Positions 56,484 through 64,000 of a stretch of 64,000 nt of DNA are shown piece by piece (position 1 is the first letter of the stretch; each line of letters starts with the position of its first letter). The stretch comes from Octopus sinensis (taxonomy: Eukaryota), in contig NC_043005.1 of the NCBI RefSeq assembly GCF_006345805.1, positions 39,370,001-39,434,000 on the forward strand. The letters are read 5' to 3'. Under the pieces are notes generated by a model that ran no database searches, had not been told where the DNA came from, and was given only the letters and a program-made list of their open reading frames with translations. The position numbers were made by a program, and so were the translations under genes.

Positions 56484-56956
56484 TATGGTGAGCTTGCAGA
56501 CGAGAAACGCCATCGGTGTAAACCTAAAAAAATGGTTTAGGGACGGCATAAGGACTACGATGAAGTCACTTTGAATGGTTACAGAAGATATAGAAACCCT
56601 TGCTTCGGATCGAGTCGGATGCCGAACAACGGTGTGGAGTGGAGTAAAAGCAAGTAAGACTCAAAAGCGATCTAAGAAAGAATGTAACGATCGAGAAGGT
56701 GAATAAGAATGACCTTTTCGTGTGCACAGTCTGTGACAGACCATGCCTGTCTTTTGCTGGCCTCAAATCTCATCTGCGAATGCATGGAAAACGAACCTCC
56801 ACCAACTATTCTACTTATATATATGTGCACACCTTTGAATGCAGTGTATGCCAGAAGGTTTGCAAATCTAACGAAGGCCTCAAAAGACATTTTAAGATCC
56901 ACCAAAGGCAGAAATTATCTGGTGGTCCAAATCGGAGGTGCAATCTATGTGGGTGA
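56484..56956 (+). mobile_element. RTE-clade LINE 3' end with tandem C2H2 zinc fingers
   Basis: YGELADEKRHRCKPKK/WFRDG..IETLASDRVGCRTTVWSGVK (RTE C-terminus), then FVCTVCDRPCLSFAGLKSHLRMH, FECSVCQKVCKSNEGLKRHFKIH and a partial RCNLCG*. Confidence 0.8.
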
Positions 56957-57341
56957 CTCTTCAGAACATTGTTTGGTTTAAAAAGCTACATCAGATACCA
57001 TGATGGTGATAAGGTGTAGGTACAGGAGGTGGTCAAACTCTGCATAAGGAGTAGACAACCACCATGTATACACATACATACATATGTGTTTGTGTATATG
57101 TGTATGCATACGTATATGTGTACGAATTTGTGTGCGAATGAATGAGTGTATGTGTGTGCGTATATATATATGCATATATATAGGTATATGTATATGTATA
57201 TGTAAAAAAATACAAACTGGGACAAGAACGCAAAACATTTAGAAGACGATTCAAAAAACACGGACGGGACATTCGAAGCCTTCAATCTTCAGTCAAGAAC
57301 CGGATCATCCTCGCAATTTCGGCTGAGAGAGAGAGAGATAG

Positions 57342-57442
<101 letters not shown>

Positions 57443-57500
57443 TAGGTATATATCTGTGTAGTTATATGTATATGCGTGTGTACATGTATAGACGTGTATA

Positions 57501-57552
<52 letters not shown>

Positions 57553-58409
57553 AACATCTCTGTATGCAGGATATATGTGGGCATGCAGCAAGTGAGCCAG
57601 TATCTGCTAGGAAGCAACTATACACACCTATGGATATGTGTAGATAGAGAATGAGATCTTTAATTTGTGTTTGACTTCTTCTGTGGATGTGTGGATGTAT
57701 ATGTGTGGGTTATGGGTACGCAAGCGGGTGTAGTTCTGGATTGATTATCGTGCTTTTCTATACTCATATCTCCCTCCTTATCAACATCATAATCACCATT
57801 TTCATCATTTTTTTTTATATCGCATCAACATCATCATCATTACAATGCCTATCATCACCATCAGATACATTATCAACTTCTATTATAAATCGATTTCTTT
57901 TATTGTATATATTTATTTTCGTTTGTTTATTGTTGTTATTTTAACACCCTGTTATATTTATTTATTCCTTATTATTTCTCCGCTACTACCACCACTAGTA
58001 TTTCTTGCTCTCTCTCTCTCTCTTTCTCTCTCTCCCTATCTCCCTTTATGTTTCTTCCCCCTATTCCCCATCTGTTCCTCTGTTCTTTCATTGCGCCATT
58101 ATTATTACAGAACTGTAGTATATTCGCGTGTTAAACTCCACTCTTGAATTTATTAAAGGAAAAATGTTTTTAAAATAAAATAAATACATATAAGTAGAAA
58201 AAAAAACCGATTCTATCATTCGAAAGATTTTCGTCACATATTTTATGTCTTAGTTCTCCGTCTTTAATCACGATTTTTGCGTAAGAGAAACAGTGGGGAT
58301 GGGGTGGCGAAGTAGAGTGAGTACGTGTGTCACTAGACACAGATACAAATACATGTAAACATACATACACACGTTTTATACGTATGTGAGTAGTGTACTG
58401 TGTACGTGC

Positions 58410-58930
<521 letters not shown>

Positions 58931-59419
58931 TTTATGTTTGCATACGTGCAGGTCTTTAGGTTTGAACTTACGTGTGATTGTGTATGTGTACGTGCGTGAG
59001 GCCTTACATGCAATTTAGGCTTAATGTGTTGGGCTGAGGGTGTTGGGCTGGGATTCAAAGAATAGAGATAGAACTGTGTTGGAAGTGGAAAATAGATGTT
59101 GAACGGGATTCTTCAATTAATTTGATCTATTCAAAATGTCTACGCATTCCAATTATTTTAACCAATTTTTACGTGAGCAAAATTTTTCATTGGAGGAAAA
59201 ATATAGCAAAAAAAAAAACAAAGTTATTGTTGCCGGTTTTTTTGTTTCCTAAATTATTTTGCATCTTCAAATTTAATTTTTTCTTTTGTCAACTTTATTA
59301 GGTATTTTACTGTCCCATTTTTCGTCTCTATTTGGCACTTTTTTAATCCTGGATTTTCAAAATAGAATTATCTTGTTAGTCGCCATTGTTGCTGTTGTTG
59401 TAATGTCAGAAACAATTTT

Positions 59420-59735
59420 TCTCCTCAAGGCTTTGAATTCACATCCCACCGAGGCCAAATTTACTTTAAATCCTTTCGTTGTCTATAAAATGAAATACCA
59501 ATCAATTAATGGTGTCGAGGTTATTGAATAACTCCATTCCCAATATTTAGCCCTTGTGCTAAAACTATTATTATTACTGAAGACGTTAAGACGTCTCAGA
59601 ACCAATACCACGGCGGGCAAAATGCTTACCGGTATATCGTCCGATTTTATGTTCTCAAATTCTGCCGAGATCGACTCTGCCTTCTATCATATCGGAGTCG
59701 ATAAAATAAGTACCAGTCGTCCATATTTGAACTCA
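59420..59735 (+). mobile_element. Two decayed SINE family A remnants
   Basis: CCCACCGAGGCCAAATTTACTTTAAATCCTTTCG and AAATTCTGCCGAGATCGACTCTGCCTTCTATCATATCGGAGTCGATAAAATAAGTACCAG. Confidence 0.7.
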
Positions 59736-59867
59736 TAAATGAGGATACTTGTGGTTAACCAGAATAATTTGGTGCGTCAAATAAATTGCTTTGCGGTATT
59801 TATTTCAGCTATTGAAGGTTCTGATTTCAATTCCTGCGAAGGTCATTTGTGAATTTCTTCTTTTTAG

Positions 59868-60087
59868 GATCAAAAAAAGTAAAATACCAGCCAAATACCG
59901 ATTTCACTATAAATTACTGCTCCCTCCTCTCACGCTAGCTGGCATTGTGCTTAAATTAGGAACTATTATATACGATCTCGTTTTCTGTAGAAATTCTATA
60001 AGTATTGTGCATAATTATAATCACATAGGCATAACATTATGCGTCTTGTTATGGCTTGTTTTGATTATTTTTTTCCACCGCTTTCAG
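59868..60087 (+). CDS. Candidate 220-nt exon encoding two hydrophobic segments (orphan)
   Basis: Acceptor TTTCTTCTTTTTAG and donor CAG/GTCAGT. Open frame IKKSKIPAKYRFHYKLLLPPLTLAGIVLKLGTIIYDLVFC...IGITLCVLLWLVLIIFFHRFQ lies inside a 135-codon non-repetitive ORF. No homolog recognised. Confidence 0.28.
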
Positions 60088-60612
60088 GTCAGTAGCGACC
60101 GAGAGTACACACATCTATGCACCAATTTTGTTAATTTTATATGGTTGATTAATCTTGATGTTCAAATTTATCTTGACAAGCGTGATCCTGATGATTGAGG
60201 CCAGGTAAGTGCGATTGGTTTTCTAAAATGTTGCGCTCAAAATATTTGTTCCATATTCCTTTGAATTTACTTTGATGTTCGTATACCACGCACTCGCGGC
60301 TTTCATGGCGTCTCATCAGTCTACTTTTACTGGCATGATTTGATTAAACTTTTATTTTGGCTCCAGCGTGTCTCCCTAACCATCGAAATTATGCTGTTTT
60401 GCTCTTTAGGAAATTTCAGTTATATATTCATTATTAACACACAAACACACACACCCATACACACAGACGCACACACATATACATACACACATACACACAT
60501 ATGTATTTATGAATGTATATATGTATGTACTTATGTGTGCATTCATGCAGTGTCACGATGGATCCCTTGTTTCCTCTTTTGCTAAGTAAGGATATTTTCT
60601 TAATTCAATCGA

Positions 60613-60614
<2 letters not shown>

Positions 60615-60685
<71 letters not shown>

Positions 60686-60712
60686 CATTATTATTATTAT
60701 TATTATTATTAC
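60615..60712. repeat. (TTA)n microsatellite
   Basis: Direct reading. Confidence 0.97.
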
Positions 60713-60928
60713 TGGTGTTGTTATAAAATCAAATGTGATCAATTCTTTTCGCACAATTATCCTGCGATTTTTTTCAAAAATATTTATTCGATAAAAGTGT
60801 GAATGCAATATATATATAAACACACTATATGTATCCAGATACAAATATAGATATGCAATAACTGCGTATCTATATATGAGGGCATGTGTTCGTGTGTTTC
60901 TCTGTGTGTGTTGTATATGGACTTGTGG

Positions 60929-60975
<47 letters not shown>

Positions 60976-61192
60976 TGCGGTGTGTATGTGCATGCGAATT
61001 TCTGTGTGTTTCGGTTTGTATATGCGTATGATATAATATCAAGCATCGTATATCGATAATTCCTTAAGAAATAAAAGAACTAAAGAATGATAGTTATAAC
61101 AGCAACAATAATGACAACAGCTACAAGTGACAACAACAACGAAAACAACAAAAACACTAGCAATAATAACGACAGCTACAACAACAAAAACG

Positions 61193-61259
<67 letters not shown>

Positions 61260-61539
61260 TAATGATAATAATTTTTTAAAAAGTGTTCTTGGTCTGTATT
61301 TCTTACTAAATATTTCTTACAAACTCATCCACTCCCCTCATGTTTTTCTCTCCCTCCCCCTACCGCTTTATATCCATTTCTCTTCCCGTCACTCCGTCAG
61401 TCTCTCTCCCCCTTTCTCTCTCCCTGTCGCTTTTATTTCTTCGCGTTTTTTTTTCGTTTTTTTTTTTTTGCAAGCCTCCGATACTCGACTGAAATTCTGA
61501 GAAATCTACAATAATATATAAGGCTTTCAATAAGAACAA

Positions 61540-61629
<90 letters not shown>

Positions 61630-61675
61630 CATGTATGTATGTATGTATGTATGTATGTATGAGTGTGCATGCGTG

Positions 61676-61725
<50 letters not shown>

Positions 61726-61751
61726 TATGTATGTATGTGTGTGCATGCGTG

Positions 61752-61847
<96 letters not shown>

Positions 61848-61850
61848 ATG
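61540..61850. repeat. (TA)n/(TATG)n microsatellite cluster
   Basis: Direct reading. Confidence 0.96.
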
Positions 61851-62451
61851 ATATTATATGCAAATATATGGCTACATACACATGCATACAGATATAATAC
61901 ACAGACATACACATATATTATATATATATATATATATACATATAATCAGAAATAGCAATATTTCTATTTTTTACCACCCTCTTTCTGTTTTAGATTTGGG
62001 TGGATATAAGACAAATATCTTTGGTTATTCTTTCGTCATTTGTCATTTCCACACATATATATTGTATTTCACATAATAGCCGGTTCACTTGACTACAAAG
62101 TTTCAAGAAAACTCGAACGCCCCTTCATGCTGTTAGCGAGTCTTTGAAACTAAAACTTTTCAATGATCTGATGCAATGAATCACACCTGAAAGACTGATA
62201 GAGGTCGCTGCTGTGGCCTTTTTTCCATTACTATTCAGGAAGTTGTTAAGGCCGCAACTGCTAGCCGATAATGTGTCCATTATTGTCGTTTTTGACAAAC
62301 ACATGCTTATTACACATACATACATACATACATATATTACACACACACACACATATATATATGTATGTATGTATGCATATATTTATATGGATACATATGC
62401 ACACACATACATATATATATATATATCAACATAATAGACAGACGGAAAACT

Positions 62452-62519
<68 letters not shown>

Positions 62520-62521
62520 TA

Positions 62522-62739
62522 CGATAGGGTGCTGAAATGTTCCTGGCTTTGGGTAAATGAAAATACAAGAGGATCATTTAATTACGATTTTGCTCAACAT
62601 CTTTCCCTCTCAGATTCATACACTTAATGCAGCGGTCCTTCGGGTTTTCTAAGCCGTTGTTGAAGAACTCAGAATGTTGGACCTCCAACCAGGATTTTCG
62701 CGATACCCTTAAAGCCAAGAACTTTTCAGCATCCCCTCA
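62522..62739. mobile_element. Mariner-type MITE, 218 bp, TA TSD
   Basis: 29-bp TIRs CGATAGGGTGCTGAAATGTTCCTGGCTTT / AAAGCCAAGAACTTTTCAGCATCCCCTCA (about 23/29), with TA on both sides. Confidence 0.82.
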
Positions 62740-63199
62740 TATATATATGCAAGTACGTATGTATGTATGCATGTATGTATGTGTGTATGATTGTACGCAT
62801 GTATTTATGCATGTGTGTATGTATGCGTATTTGAGTATGCATGTATATATATATACATAATATATACATACATATATACATACATACATACATACATACA
62901 TACATACATACATACATACATACATACATACATACATACGTAAGAAAGTGCGTACGTACACACGTACATTACATACACGGCGGCTGTCAGCAGCGCTTTT
63001 GCTAAAACTTAACATCAATTTCACTTTGCACAACACCGCTAAGACTCACACATACATAGCCAAGTGGTCCTGATACAAGCAAGTGCAAGATCCCCCACTT
63101 CGAATCGAGGCAGGTGTTATTTCGGAATCTCCTCCTGAAGAGATGTCTAACCAAATTCAAAGGATCTCTCACCCTTAGGGTGTGGATGATCTTTGACGC

Positions 63200-63490
63200 T
63201 ACTAATTTCATCTGCTAAGTTTTCTTTTGTCCTGCATGGAATACAAATAATATTATTCCATGTAAGTTGTAAGTATCTTCCTACATCACTCAAATTCAGT
63301 GAATCTTGCCTCTCACAATATAGAAACATTTCTCATGGCACCATCAGACATAATGGAAAATGTTTTGCCCCGGATGATAGCGAGGTATATGTGCCGTCCA
63401 ACGAAATTCGCCATCCTTTCTCAGCAGCTTCCACCAATCGTTGGTTTCATCGCGAACGACCCAACCTTGCGAAAAATTGCGTTGGGTGAC
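63200..63490 (-). mobile_element. Possible hAT transposase remnant
   Basis: Minus strand LAIIRGKTFSIMSDGAMRNVSIL*EARF resembles the hAT FSI..DG/E.TD catalytic motif; single weak motif only. Confidence 0.3.
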
Positions 63491-63499
63491 ATGTTACCA

Positions 63500-63650
63500 G
63501 TATCATACTTACACACATACATACATACATACATACATACATACATAGATACATACATACATACATACATTCATACATACATACATGCATACATACATAC
63601 ATACATACATACATACATACATACATACATACATACATACATACATACAT
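63500..63650. repeat. (CATA)n microsatellite
   Basis: Direct reading. Confidence 0.97.
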
Positions 63651-64000
63651 AGGCGCATCTTGTCGTGAAATACTCGAAATACGGATTAGAAAATCAGCCG
63701 ACAACTGATGAAGGGTCGTTCTTTATGTTGCGTGTCTTGTTTTCCATTTGTTTCCTCGTTGTTCGCAAAACAGTTCATATTCCATGTATTCGCGTTTCGT
63801 ATTCCATATTTTCATACTATTTGTTATTTACGTTCTGTGACATCCTGTGCCCACATACGCATATGTATACGTATATTTGTTAGTATGCACATATACGTGT
63901 GTATATAAATACATATATATTACTACATACATACATTCATACATACGTACGTACGTACACACATACTTACGTACGTACGTAAAATATATTTGCTGTTACC

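Noticed and set aside
56699-56956. Host C2H2 zinc-finger gene
   Set aside because: No TGEKP-type linkers, and it is directly continuous with RTE ORF2 motifs; treated as part of the LINE.
57250-57325. Hammerhead-like CTGAAGA...CGAA on the minus strand
   Set aside because: GAAT instead of GAAA, a stem II loop too short to fold, and no stem I pairing; at best a dead PLE-type remnant.
60088-60204. 117-nt exon between a strong acceptor and a perfect AG/GTAAGT donor
   Set aside because: Stops occur in all three frames, so it is not an internal coding exon; a UTR or non-coding exon cannot be excluded.
63700-63735. CTGATGAAGGG hammerhead half-core
   Set aside because: No stem II partner or GAAA downstream.

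Overview
AT-rich, microsatellite-saturated eukaryotic DNA. The SINE families and repeat landscape look like a coleoid cephalopod, probably Octopus (inference; no database search was possible). I recognise no conserved host gene, RNA gene or CRISPR array, and nearly all ORFs in the supplied track are microsatellite artefacts. What can be supported: three tRNA-derived SINE families; LINE remnants of the R4/Dong, RTE, L1/Tx1 and CR1/L2 types; Penelope-like element (PLE) pieces; hAT, Tc1, mariner/maT and Helentron-type DNA transposon remnants and MITEs; and a tentative four-exon orphan reading frame at 8.8-12.8 kb. Best leads: (1) three PLE-linked minimal hammerhead-ribozyme motifs with intact stems but a non-canonical CUGUNGA core; (2) a canonical-core hammerhead motif overlapping one arm of a 92-bp inverted repeat that could lock it; (3) a 39-53 kb cluster where six R4/Dong fragments and five copies of an unclassified ~550-bp non-coding element sit in (TAA)n tracts; (4) a SINE whose 3' tail matches that of an L1/Tx1-clade LINE embedded in (GATA)n; (5) an RTE end carrying tandem C2H2 fingers. 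All alignments and translations were done by eye, and boundaries of decayed elements are approximate.
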